A stretch of DNA of 58,516 nt. It comes from a virus (lineage: Duplodnaviria; Caudoviricetes). Made by a program: the position numbers and the translations under genes. Under the pieces are notes generated by a model that made no database searches, was not told the DNA's origin, and saw only the letters and a list, made by a program, of their open reading frames with translations. Each line of letters starts with the position of its first letter. The first letter of the stretch is position 1. Where the stretch lies: IMG/VR virus record IMGVR_UViG_3300031963_000166, positions 1 to 58,516 of that record. One strand, written 5' to 3'. Below are positions 1 to 7,701 of the stretch, piece by piece.

Positions 1-670
1 GCGCTCTCCATGATCTGCGGCAGCCATGCTTTTTCCCCTCCAAAACCGAACATAATTTGGATTCCTAACGTAAATCGCATCAATTGTAACTGATTGATTC
101 TCAATAAAAGCATGACAGATTCTCCCGAGCGGAGACCATTTTATGGTTGGATTCCTGTTTGAGCATGATTTGCGTGCCTGTTGCCGAAGTGATGCCCGCC
201 CGAGCCTCCAAGAACCTGACGGCTTTATTGCAGGCCGCAGGATGGACGATGCATCTGCCTGCTTGGTTTATCCTGTGCGCAGATGAACGATCGGTTTATT
301 GTGCCCGCAGATGCCTGATCAGGGTTATTCCATTGGTCTGAGGTGTGCGGGCAATCTACATCAGCGCAAGGTGCAGGATCTCTCCTCGGCACGGGTGCAT
401 TCTATGCACGCACAGCATTACGACACTATGCACGCATAGCTTTATCTGCTATCCTCAATGAACTGACAGCTAGCTACTTATATCTACATGATTATCAGGG
501 CTTTATGTGTTTCCATTCACATCGGTACTGTCTCTCCCCGACAGCTATCTGGCTGCAAATCAATTGGTTGGCAATATATTGATCGTCAGCACGTTGGCCT
601 GACCCACCCCCTTTGCCAAGTCGACTTCGGAAGTTGCGGCGCCAGTGACGGTGTGGGGTAGACCCCCCGA

Positions 671-826
671 CCACAGACAGAAAGTAATTTTTCCAACCAG
701 GGACAGAAAGTAATTTTTCCAACCACAGACAGGAGGTGTTTTTTCGAGCCAGGGGCAGAAAGTAATTTTTCGAACCAGGAACAGAGCGGTGATTTTTGTA
801 CCGGTATTCACGGTGTATGTTTTTCG
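671..826. repeat. Degenerate 26-bp tandem repeat array (5 clear copies plus 1 decayed)
   Basis: Units start at 671, 697, 723, 749, 775 and 801; consensus approximately CCAsrGACAGAAAGTAATTTTTCsAA. Confidence 0.9.
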
Positions 827-880
827 GCGGTTGATTCGTTGACCCGTATTGGGTCGCTGGCCAAAAAAAATCAATTTTTT

Positions 881-912
881 TTTGCAAACAATGGCATTTT
901 GTGCTATGTTTG
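881..912 (+). promoter_or_regulatory. Bacteroidota sigma70-type promoter
   Basis: TTTG (881-884), 20-nt spacer, TATGTTTG (905-912), 14 nt before ATG 927. Confidence 0.75.
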
Positions 913-926
913 TCGAAAATAATTTT

Positions 927-1187
927 ATGAACGGTAAGCCAAAGAAAAAGACTACCGAGGGAGCTAACCAGGGCATGTCTTGTAGCAAGGATGGTTGTGG
1001 CGCGGTAAAAACTAACTCAAGCGTTGGTACCAACCGTCAGAACGCTGCTGGGGCAAAAGGTTTATCTTCCCGCCCTCAGTACGGCTCGAAGGTAGTTACC
1101 CCTCGGCAGGCTGAGAAGAGGGCTCAGAAAATGGCAAAAATTAGGTCTTCGGCTCCGTCTGGCAAGTCAAACAGGGATAAATTTTAA
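927..1187 (+). CDS. Small basic (K/R-rich) protein, possibly nucleic-acid binding
   Basis: ORF track 849..1187 trimmed to the ATG downstream of the promoter; strongly basic, low complexity. Confidence 0.7.
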   Translation: MNGKPKKKTTEGANQGMSCSKDGCGAVKTNSSVGTNRQNAAGAKGLSSRPQYGSKVVTPRQAEKRAQKMAKIRSSAPSGKSNRDKF

Positions 1188-1190
1188 AAC

Positions 1191-1460
1191 ATGAAGAAAG
1201 GAAACCCACAAAAGAAAGCGGAGAGGATCGACTCTCGGGCGTCAAAGAAAATGGACAAGGCCAAGTCTACATGGAATAAGGCAGAGGCCATGAGAAAGTC
1301 CCCCGTTGGATCCAACCGAACGTTTGCTCAGGAGGATTTCGGGAAAATGGCTCACCAGGTCAAGACCGAGAGGCTGTACGCAAAATCTGCAAGGCAGGCC
1401 GACAAGGCAAAAGAGTTGAAGACCCGGGCGGGGATCGTCAGAGCCGGGTCAAAGAAGTAA
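1191..1460 (+). CDS. Small basic K/A/R-rich protein
   Basis: 89 aa, 3 nt after the previous stop, followed by a terminator. Confidence 0.75.
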   Translation: MKKGNPQKKAERIDSRASKKMDKAKSTWNKAEAMRKSPVGSNRTFAQEDFGKMAHQVKTERLYAKSARQADKAKELKTRAGIVRAGSKK

Positions 1461-1503
1461 AGGCTTTTTTCATAGTTGAATTAAGGATAGGTTTTGGTAG
1501 CAA

Positions 1504-1536
1504 TGAAAAGCCCCTCAAACGTGAGGGGTTTTTTCA
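1504..1536. terminator. Bidirectional intrinsic terminator
   Basis: AAAAGCCCCTCA-AACG-TGAGGGGTTTTTT between convergent transcription units. Confidence 0.85.
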
Positions 1537-1609
1537 TCCATATCCACCCCAATCGGGCGTACTTGTGCAGGTTTGTCATCCATAGCCAATAGTTATCGGC
1601 AAATAAATT

Positions 1610-1810
1610 TTACTTCCTATCCCTCTCCGAAATGAACCTTGCATCGCCTTGTAAATACTTTACTGCATCCCAAAGGTCATCTAATACTATTGTCCCAAGT
1701 GGTAGCAAATTACCTTTACCATCTTTTACACCTGACAAGTAAATTGCAAGGTCACTTAGCGATTTTGTGTTAATCATTTTTCTTTCTTGAACTGGTTGTT
1801 TGTCTTCCAT
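1610..1810 (-). CDS. Hypothetical protein (cassette 1 ORF)
   Basis: 66-aa ORF filling the cassette body. Confidence 0.7.
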   Translation of the reverse strand: MEDKQPVQERKMINTKSLSDLAIYLSGVKDGKGNLLPLGTIVLDDLWDAVKYLQGDARFISERDRK

Positions 1811-1830
1811 AATCCGTAAAATTTATCAGC

Positions 1831-1962
1831 CTATAACATACGCTATACAAAAGTGGGGCTGTGTGCCAAATCTGTATAGTTGTGCATCTAATTTGCTTTT
1901 GTGCGGTAAGCAAGGGTTATGCATCTTATTCCCCACCTTCGTATAGCGTTTTGCCGTTAGCT
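1831..1962 (+). repeat. attC-like recombination site (132 bp)
   Basis: CTATAAC, 5 nt, CTATACAAAAGTGGGG ... CCCCACCTTCGTATAG, 9 nt, GTTAGCT; imperfect inverted repeat whose two A/C mismatches become G-T pairs on the bottom strand. Confidence 0.8.
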
Positions 1963-2352
1963 TCAATTGCCTGCCAACGCACGTTTATCCGTTAAAAATT
2001 TCATTAATAAATAAACACCATCATTTACGCCTGACCAATAGAAATCTTTATCTAAAGTCGGGTTTGCTTTGTGCCATTCATTTATAAAATCGTCAACAAG
2101 TTTTTTAGCTTCTTCATGGTTAGGTAACTTATTATGTTCTTCAATAATTGCTGCCGTTAATTCACGAGCTTTACCAAGTGAAATATTTTCATTGTGAACG
2201 TGTCCCCAAACATCTTGAATAATCCAACAAGCAGGTAAATGTTTGTGATAAATCGGATTTAAAACTTGTCCCGATTTTTGGCGTTCCATTAATTCTTCTA
2301 CGGTAATTTCTTTATCAAACCCGTATTTTTCGTGTAATTCTTCTACTGTCAT
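1963..2352 (-). CDS. Hypothetical protein (cassette 2 ORF)
   Basis: 129-aa AT-rich ORF; stop codon immediately beside the GTT site. Confidence 0.75.
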   Translation of the reverse strand: MTVEELHEKYGFDKEITVEELMERQKSGQVLNPIYHKHLPACWIIQDVWGHVHNENISLGKARELTAAIIEEHNKLPNHEEAKKLVDDFINEWHKANPTLDKDFYWSGVNDGVYLLMKFLTDKRALAGN

Positions 2353-2406
2353 TTGTTTATTTATTAATTGTTAATATTCATTCTAAAGCCAACGCAATGC
2401 AACTAA

Positions 2407-2470
2407 AGCTAACAGCACCTAAACCGCAACTCCGCTACGCTCCGCAGCGTTTAGCTGCAAACCGTTAGGT
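2407..2470 (+). repeat. attC-like recombination site (64 bp)
   Basis: AGCTAAC-AGCAC-CTAAACCG ... CGTTTAG-CTGCAAACC-GTTAGGT; 8-nt L'' with an extra C against a 7-nt L'; exact GTTRRRY. Confidence 0.85.
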
Positions 2471-2476
2471 GCAATG

Positions 2477-2863
2477 CTATCCGACTGACAACTCAAAATA
2501 ATAATGACCTCCAGTTCGCCACATGACATATCTCATTTGAAAGTGAGTAAGCCACATATTAGATGTGATGGCTGCAATAGTTTCTTCGTTGCCACTCCAT
2601 CCACCTGTATGTAATTCAAGTTTGTGTATGCCTTTGTATTTTCTGTGCAAAACAAATCCCCAATCTGACATATACCACCCATCAACAAGAACCTTTTTTA
2701 CAAAAGTGAGCAAAGGCAAACTTTCATCTGGCTTGTAAGTTTTAATAAATTGCAGCCATTCCTCCGTTGGATAACCTTCATCATCCAAAAGCACGGCAGG
2801 TAACACAGTGTTGCCGTCATTGCTGGCTTCTGTGCTATTTTGAAAGTTTTGTTCTGTATTCAT
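2477..2863 (-). CDS. Hypothetical protein (cassette 3 ORF); starts inside the attC-like site
   Basis: 128 aa with an LHTGGWSGNE motif; N-terminus encoded by the attC bottom strand. Confidence 0.8.
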   Translation of the reverse strand: MNTEQNFQNSTEASNDGNTVLPAVLLDDEGYPTEEWLQFIKTYKPDESLPLLTFVKKVLVDGWYMSDWGFVLHRKYKGIHKLELHTGGWSGNEETIAAITSNMWLTHFQMRYVMWRTGGHYYFELSVG

Positions 2864-2929
2864 CTTTCGTTTTTCAATTAAACATTTGTGCTAATAAACC
2901 GCCACTGCAGCAATGCCTTAACGTTAGTA
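2798..2929 (+). repeat. attC-like site, more degenerate or chimeric (132 bp)
   Basis: AGGTAAC-ACAGT-GTTGCCGTCATTGCTGG ... CCGCCACTGCAGCAAT-GCCTTAAC-GTTAGTA. Confidence 0.65.
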
Positions 2930-2947
2930 GCAAGCGGGCGGACACTC

Positions 2948-3169
2948 TTAATCATTTGCTTTACTCGCTTCGTTAATTCTTTGGTTAATCATCTGGTAGA
3001 TTTCATCTACAAGAGTATACTCTTTTTTGTTGAGTTCTCTGTACTTCCAGATTTGTCTAATATCCTCTCTGATATTATGCAAAGCAATGTAGTACTCCTG
3101 TCCATTAATAGCATAGCGGAAGTCATCTCCATCTTCAGGAAGATTAAACTCTAGTATTGCTTTACTCAT
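2948..3169 (-). CDS. Hypothetical phage protein (KAILEF.LPED family), paralog of 9948..10151
   Basis: Trimmed to ATG of MSKAILEFNLPED; shares its N-terminus with 9948..10151. Confidence 0.75.
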   Translation of the reverse strand: MSKAILEFNLPEDGDDFRYAINGQEYYIALHNIREDIRQIWKYRELNKKEYTLVDEIYQMINQRINEASKAND

Positions 3170-3290
3170 TTTTTTTTGAAATATAAAACTTGTCAAACAG
3201 ATATGCTATTATTCTAATAAGAATTTGTAGAATTAAAAATATACCAAACGGTAAACCGAACATAATAACTACTAATTCTTCTATTGTCAT
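3162..3290 (-). CDS. Small single-TM membrane peptide (42 aa, below ORF-track cutoff)
   Basis: Own translation: MTIEELVVIMFGLPFGIFLILQILIRIIAYLFDKFYISKKNE; ATGA overlap with the upstream stop; fills the gap exactly. Confidence 0.6.
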   Translation of the reverse strand: MTIEELVVIMFGLPFGIFLILQILIRIIAYLFDKFYISKKNE

Positions 3291-3559
3291 TTGTCACCTC
3301 CTTCATTTTTTGTAGTTAAAGTACATCTACTACCTGGTAAACTTGTTGTGTTAAGCATCTCAAGGTGATCCACAGAAGCAGTAAGTGTCACAGACTTGTG
3401 CTGGTCATCATGTGGAATACTCTTGTTGTCTCTAATCCTTTCAAGATTACCCAGTTGTTTTTTAAAGGCATCAAGTTCCGCACTTAGAATCATCTTTTCG
3501 TTTTGCAGGTTCTTGATATGCTCTTCACAATCTCTAATTGCAAATTCTATCTTGTTCAT
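3287..3559 (-). CDS. Hypothetical protein with N-terminal coiled coil
   Basis: 90 aa, ATGA-coupled to neighbours. Confidence 0.7.
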   Translation of the reverse strand: MNKIEFAIRDCEEHIKNLQNEKMILSAELDAFKKQLGNLERIRDNKSIPHDDQHKSVTLTASVDHLEMLNTTSLPGSRCTLTTKNEGGDK

Positions 3560-4173
3560 TGTTTAGATTGTTTAAGTGATTGAATAACTCTTTCTTTTGC
3601 TTTAGCTGATAAAACAGTACAATTCATAGCTTCCCTAACTTGTTCCTCTGTATATAGAGTTTCTTTGGCTTTGTTGTAACCTGCTTTGAATGCTTTTCTT
3701 ATTAAAGAAGAATTTGGATATAAATCATCATTTAATGGATAAAATTCCTCAGCCAACTTCTCTACATCTTCCACCATCTTCCCGACATCAGGAACATGGT
3801 TGACCATTTCGTTGACCTCACCAATATGGTTTATCATCTTGTTGCTGTCACCAAGTTGATCAATGACTTCATCCCATGCATCATAATTATTAACCGCATA
3901 TACCTCGCTGGTGTCAACAGGATGATGAATTAGTTTGGCATAGGTTAATCCATTTACGCCTACTTCACCATTTTCCCATTCTGTAACCATATCAAAATTT
4001 ATTTCTTTACCATCCCAATCAACTGAGTAATCACCATAGTCAATGCAGGTTTTCACATCAGCGGGATGCAATGGAAATGTTCCCCACCAAGACTTGTAAC
4101 CTATTGGTGTTTTTTCTGCTACTTTATGTTCCACCACCCACCCTTGGTCTGTTTTCACTAATGTTCCTTTCAT
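3556..4173 (-). CDS. Hypothetical mosaic protein with 10-aa repeats
   Basis: 205 aa; QLGDSNKMIN / HIGEVNEMVN / HVPDVGKMVE repeats. Confidence 0.75.
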   Translation of the reverse strand: MKGTLVKTDQGWVVEHKVAEKTPIGYKSWWGTFPLHPADVKTCIDYGDYSVDWDGKEINFDMVTEWENGEVGVNGLTYAKLIHHPVDTSEVYAVNNYDAWDEVIDQLGDSNKMINHIGEVNEMVNHVPDVGKMVEDVEKLAEEFYPLNDDLYPNSSLIRKAFKAGYNKAKETLYTEEQVREAMNCTVLSAKAKERVIQSLKQSKQ

Positions 4174-4409
4174 AGTTTTACCTCCTCATAAGTTGCTTCA
4201 AATATTTCCTTGTCAACTAACCACCTTTCCCCCTTGATCCCGACACACAAGTAGTGCTTGCCAAACTCGCCAATGTGATAAGGGTTTTCTAGTGTTTTGA
4301 TGTATGGCAGGTCACCACCAAACTCTTCGGTGTGAAGGATAAACCCATCCTCGTCCCCCTGTTCAAATAACTTAGCTTGTACTGTTGCTGTTTTTCTATA
4401 CGTTTTCAT
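4170..4409 (-). CDS. Conserved small phage protein (PGDYG-like beta domain)
   Basis: YRK..V.A ... IKTLE ... G.KGE.W ... IFEATYE pattern. Confidence 0.65.
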   Translation of the reverse strand: MKTYRKTATVQAKLFEQGDEDGFILHTEEFGGDLPYIKTLENPYHIGEFGKHYLCVGIKGERWLVDKEIFEATYEEVKL

Positions 4410-4720
4410 AGCTTTTGTATTTCTTGTTCTACTTGTTCTAAATACTCCAACATATCATACCCCGTCATGTGGTCTGGGTGTTCACCTTCAAAGGTAAATT
4501 TGCGTTCTCCAATGGCATCAAAGGCAAAATATTCAGGTTTGTGGAGTCCATCAAAGATGCCTTTCATGTGCTTTACTGCTATCAAAGCACATTGCTTGGC
4601 TTGATATAAACTCATTTCTGTGCAATCACAATATCTTTTATTTGGAAAATGCTCAATACCACAATGCTCTGTATTGTACATCTTATCTACTAATTCTTCT
4701 GCATATTGTTTTGGATTCAT
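4406..4720 (-). CDS. Hypothetical phage protein
   Basis: 104 aa, ATGA-coupled. Confidence 0.75.
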   Translation of the reverse strand: MNPKQYAEELVDKMYNTEHCGIEHFPNKRYCDCTEMSLYQAKQCALIAVKHMKGIFDGLHKPEYFAFDAIGERKFTFEGEHPDHMTGYDMLEYLEQVEQEIQKL

Positions 4721-4941
4721 TTGTCACCTCCGTATGTTTCGTTGTAAAAATCTTCAATTGTCATTTCACCAACTTCATATATCTGCCTAAGATAGTTGTT
4801 AGTAAATTGAATCATCTGCTCCTTGTCCATTTCTTTGGCTTCTGCTAAACACTTTCTAAAATGCTCTCTTTCTTTTGGGTCAGAGAACTCAAGGAATGGT
4901 AATAAATGTGCAAATAACCACTCTACTGCTGTTTGTTTCAT
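4717..4941 (-). CDS. Hypothetical phage protein (MKQTAVEWL type)
   Basis: 74 aa, ATGA-coupled. Confidence 0.75.
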   Translation of the reverse strand: MKQTAVEWLFAHLLPFLEFSDPKEREHFRKCLAEAKEMDKEQMIQFTNNYLRQIYEVGEMTIEDFYNETYGGDK

Positions 4942-4943
4942 AA

Positions 4944-5213
4944 TTATTTGTATTTTCTTATTAGTTCAAACGTCTTTTTTATATCCGTCCAATTGAGATG
5001 TATCTCCTCGCCACGCCTAACAGGATACCACGCTATGGTGTATCCGTGGTTAGCGTTGTAGAAGTCTTCCCTCTTTATAACATTGCCGTTAACCTTGTTA
5101 AGATATATCCAAGGTATGTTTCCTACAAGCTCAATGTTGACTCCTATCTTCTGAAGTCTCCTTACGAAAACACTCAGTTCATTTTCATCCTCCTGTTTAA
5201 GAAAATTTTTCAT
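4944..5213 (-). CDS. Hypothetical phage protein
   Basis: ORF track 4944..5339 trimmed to ATG of MKNFLKQ to avoid overlap with the cassette. Confidence 0.7.
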   Translation of the reverse strand: MKNFLKQEDENELSVFVRRLQKIGVNIELVGNIPWIYLNKVNGNVIKREDFYNANHGYTIAWYPVRRGEEIHLNWTDIKKTFELIRKYK

Positions 5214-5251
5214 TTTTCGGTGCAAGGGTACTGCATATATATATCTATCCG

Positions 5252-5660
5252 TTAGCGGCAACCTCACAGAAACTCCTCCACCTTGTGAGTGTCTAACCCA
5301 GTATAAGTGTGTATTAGTTTCCGTAAAGCCAAACCGCAACTTTCTGCCATTTTCATTCTATCCTCAACTGACATACCATCGTAATCTTGGTTGTCATACA
5401 TTTTGTCCATCAATGCAGTTTGGAAAATAATAGTAGCGTTCATGAAATCCCTGTTGGAATAATTAGGCTTGTTTTCATTCCCTTTTGCTTCTGCATTTTG
5501 CGTTAGCAAGTCGTTTGCTATTGCTTCAAGTGTTGTTTTATAACTTCTCATTGTGTATTAATTTGTGAAAAAGGGCAGCCGCCAACAAGTGCTATGCAAT
5601 ATGGCGGCTGACGTGCTTCGGTTAAACATTTTACTTAATTCAACTGTGGTGCACGGATTG
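5252..5660 (+). mobile_element. Isolated integron-like cassette with truncated attC (left arm only)
   Basis: G^TTAGCGGCAACCT at 5251 is reverse-complementary (10/14) to GGGCAGCCGCCAAC at 5573-5586, which is followed by AAGTG-CTATGCAATATGGCGG; no right arm found; right boundary approximate. Confidence 0.6.
5264..5551 (-). CDS. Hypothetical protein (cassette ORF)
   Basis: 95 aa, fills the cassette body. Confidence 0.75.
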   Translation of the reverse strand: MRSYKTTLEAIANDLLTQNAEAKGNENKPNYSNRDFMNATIIFQTALMDKMYDNQDYDGMSVEDRMKMAESCGLALRKLIHTYTGLDTHKVEEFL

Positions 5661-5672
5661 CTGTTTGCTGAC

Positions 5673-6701
5673 TCACCAAATGTCTTCCATTCCGGTTTCG
5701 ACGAAGTAGCTCCTTCCTGCGTTTTCGTTTTTACCCTGAGCTGGCAGGAATTCGGCGTAAGCGACGATCATCGGATCGTTTTCAAGCTGGGAGTTGTAGG
5801 TGATGACTTTTGTTTCTGGGTTATACGAGTCAACAGTTCCGGGAACCAACGTAATGGTGTTGTCCTGGGATGCGTTGAATCCGGCTGTTGCTGAAGCTCC
5901 GTAGGCGTTTGTGCCCGGTTGGTTGTACAGGTTCCACCTGAACGCAAACGATGGGCAAATTTTACCGTAAGAAGCAATTTTGTTTGGGGATCCCGTTGCC
6001 GGCTCGCCATTAATGTGGAAAATACCCTTGATCTGATTATCGGACACCTTTTCAATGTCCATGGCGATACTTGTAACGTGAGTTTGCGGATCTACGACAA
6101 CGCTATTGAACGTCATCCTTGTGTTGAACGCGATCTGCTCTTCCGTCATCCCGGTTATGGCCTTAAGCTGCTCAAGGCTCCATCTCACGAACTGGCGCTT
6201 GCTCGTCCATGTCCGAATGGTGCCTGATGAAGACCTTGTGATGGTCTTCTGAATTCGAAAAAACACACCTGGTCTTACAGGAGGGCTTGCCGGATCGCTC
6301 GGAAGCTTTGTCAGCGGATCCACATTGAGGCCAACGTCAGAAATGACGTCAAACGAATGCCCCGTCTCGTTGCTGTACAGCTCCACTTTTTGCCACGGAA
6401 ACCAGTGACCGCCCGTGCCGGTCTCCCTCGGCTTGGTGGTGACAATCATGTTCTCGTCAATCGAAACTATGTCGTGACCATATGCATGCAAGTAGTTGGA
6501 CAAAAGATTCAGCGTGTACGCCCCAAACAGCTCGGATGTGGTGGACACATACGTTTTTACCGATACGCTTTTGGGGGACACGGTAAAGTCGTGTGTCTCT
6601 TCGACAATCAGCGCCCGGTTGGTGCGGGTTTGGATTTGACCCTCGTACCTTGCGCATTCGTCGGGGAGCTGAAGAAGCTCTAACGCTTTTTGAATACTCA
6701 T
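5673..6701 (-). CDS. Hypothetical protein, 342 aa
   Basis: Long ORF with A-rich leader; no motif recognised. Confidence 0.8.
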   Translation of the reverse strand: MSIQKALELLQLPDECARYEGQIQTRTNRALIVEETHDFTVSPKSVSVKTYVSTTSELFGAYTLNLLSNYLHAYGHDIVSIDENMIVTTKPRETGTGGHWFPWQKVELYSNETGHSFDVISDVGLNVDPLTKLPSDPASPPVRPGVFFRIQKTITRSSSGTIRTWTSKRQFVRWSLEQLKAITGMTEEQIAFNTRMTFNSVVVDPQTHVTSIAMDIEKVSDNQIKGIFHINGEPATGSPNKIASYGKICPSFAFRWNLYNQPGTNAYGASATAGFNASQDNTITLVPGTVDSYNPETKVITYNSQLENDPMIVAYAEFLPAQGKNENAGRSYFVETGMEDIW

Positions 6702-6720
6702 TTTATTTTGTTTTTATGGA

Positions 6721-6912
6721 TTAACGCTGTTTTTTCGACTCTACGATATCCCACCTGTAGGAATACCAGTCTCTGTTCATGCCAAGCATTTTATCAAGCT
6801 TCCAGCAGTCGTTGAGACACTTGCTTTTCGCCTGCTCTGGGTTTTTCGCTCTTGTTTTCGCGTAGTGCACCCTATTGGCGCCGTCCCACACGGTTATTTC
6901 GTAATTAATCAT
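6721..6912 (-). CDS. Hypothetical protein
   Basis: 63 aa, ATGA-coupled to the upstream gene. Confidence 0.65.
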   Translation of the reverse strand: MINYEITVWDGANRVHYAKTRAKNPEQAKSKCLNDCWKLDKMLGMNRDWYSYRWDIVESKKQR

Positions 6913-7304
6913 TCTTCGCCCTCCCCTGATATCAATACGTCCGTACCGTCAGGAATAGGCGTTCCATTCGCTTCGGCCTCTGCGATCGCTTTTTTGACGT
7001 TTCGAATCGCCATTGTTATGGCGTACCAAAACTCCAGCGGCAGCCCCGACAGCTCCGCAAGCGTCTCGTCCATTGTGGCCAAGGCTCTTACATACTCGTC
7101 CCCGCCGTTTACCTGGCCAAGAGTGGTGTATAGGTGTTTGAACTTAGTTTCGAGCTTCGAAACCAGATTGTTTGATGACATTTTCAGGTCGTGAGTAAAA
7201 ATGCCCTTGGAAACGCCCTCATCATGGCAGTGGGTGTATATTTGCTGTGCAGCAAGACCTGTTACGACAACCCGATAGGATCTGATAGCTTGTTCTTTTG
7301 TCAT
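6909..7304 (-). CDS. Hypothetical protein
   Basis: Trimmed to ATG of MTKEQ; TAAATTTG box on the minus strand at 7352-7359. Confidence 0.7.
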   Translation of the reverse strand: MTKEQAIRSYRVVVTGLAAQQIYTHCHDEGVSKGIFTHDLKMSSNNLVSKLETKFKHLYTTLGQVNGGDEYVRALATMDETLAELSGLPLEFWYAITMAIRNVKKAIAEAEANGTPIPDGTDVLISGEGEE

Positions 7305-7377
7305 TTGTTTTGAAATATGTTGCAATCATACAACATAGTGATGCTTTTTTGCAAATTTATATGCAAAATTTAACAAT

Positions 7378-7635
7378 TTAATTCCTCAGAATCATAATGC
7401 TCTCTCTTGTCCGCCTGTCTATCTCTCTTTCCACCAGTGTTTGTGGTTTTCCAACGACAAATTGCGCGCCACCGGATCCTATTACGCAGAGATTTTCAAA
7501 GTCGTGATACGGACCTATGAAGTCCACAGAATAAAATACAAAGTCCTCAGTGTGAAATACTTCCGGTGTGCCGTACCCCTGCTCGTATTTATCTATTTCT
7601 TCGTCATTAACGACCGGGAGGCGGAGCTTAAGCAT
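7378..7635 (-). CDS. Hypothetical protein
   Basis: 85 aa; TAAATTTG box on the minus strand at 7655-7662. Confidence 0.7.
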   Translation of the reverse strand: MLKLRLPVVNDEEIDKYEQGYGTPEVFHTEDFVFYSVDFIGPYHDFENLCVIGSGGAQFVVGKPQTLVEREIDRRTRESIMILRN

Positions 7636-7701
7636 TGTGTGGTATTTTGTAAAGCAAATTTAATGAAAAGCATCCGCAAGGGAGCTGTTTTGGTAGAAAA
7701 A

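Larger units (their letters stand above)
1593..2923 (+). mobile_element. Array of three integron-like gene cassettes (1593-1956, 1957-2464, 2465-2923) without an integrase
   Basis: Each unit starts at a G^TT site and ends in a palindromic attC-like site; the two ends of each unit are reverse-complementary (19/22, 13/15, 11/15 nt). Confidence 0.8.

Noticed and set aside
671-826. CRISPR array
   Set aside because: Units are contiguous and degenerate, with no unique spacers and no cas genes
147-1033. ORF-track ORFs 147..341, 343..582, 495..887 and 560..1033
   Set aside because: Mostly non-ATG starts, overlap with the repeat array and promoter, and atypical composition; probably spurious
4170-4409. 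Assignment to a named anti-defence sponge family
   Set aside because: The family pattern is familiar but I cannot tie it to a characterised protein without a search
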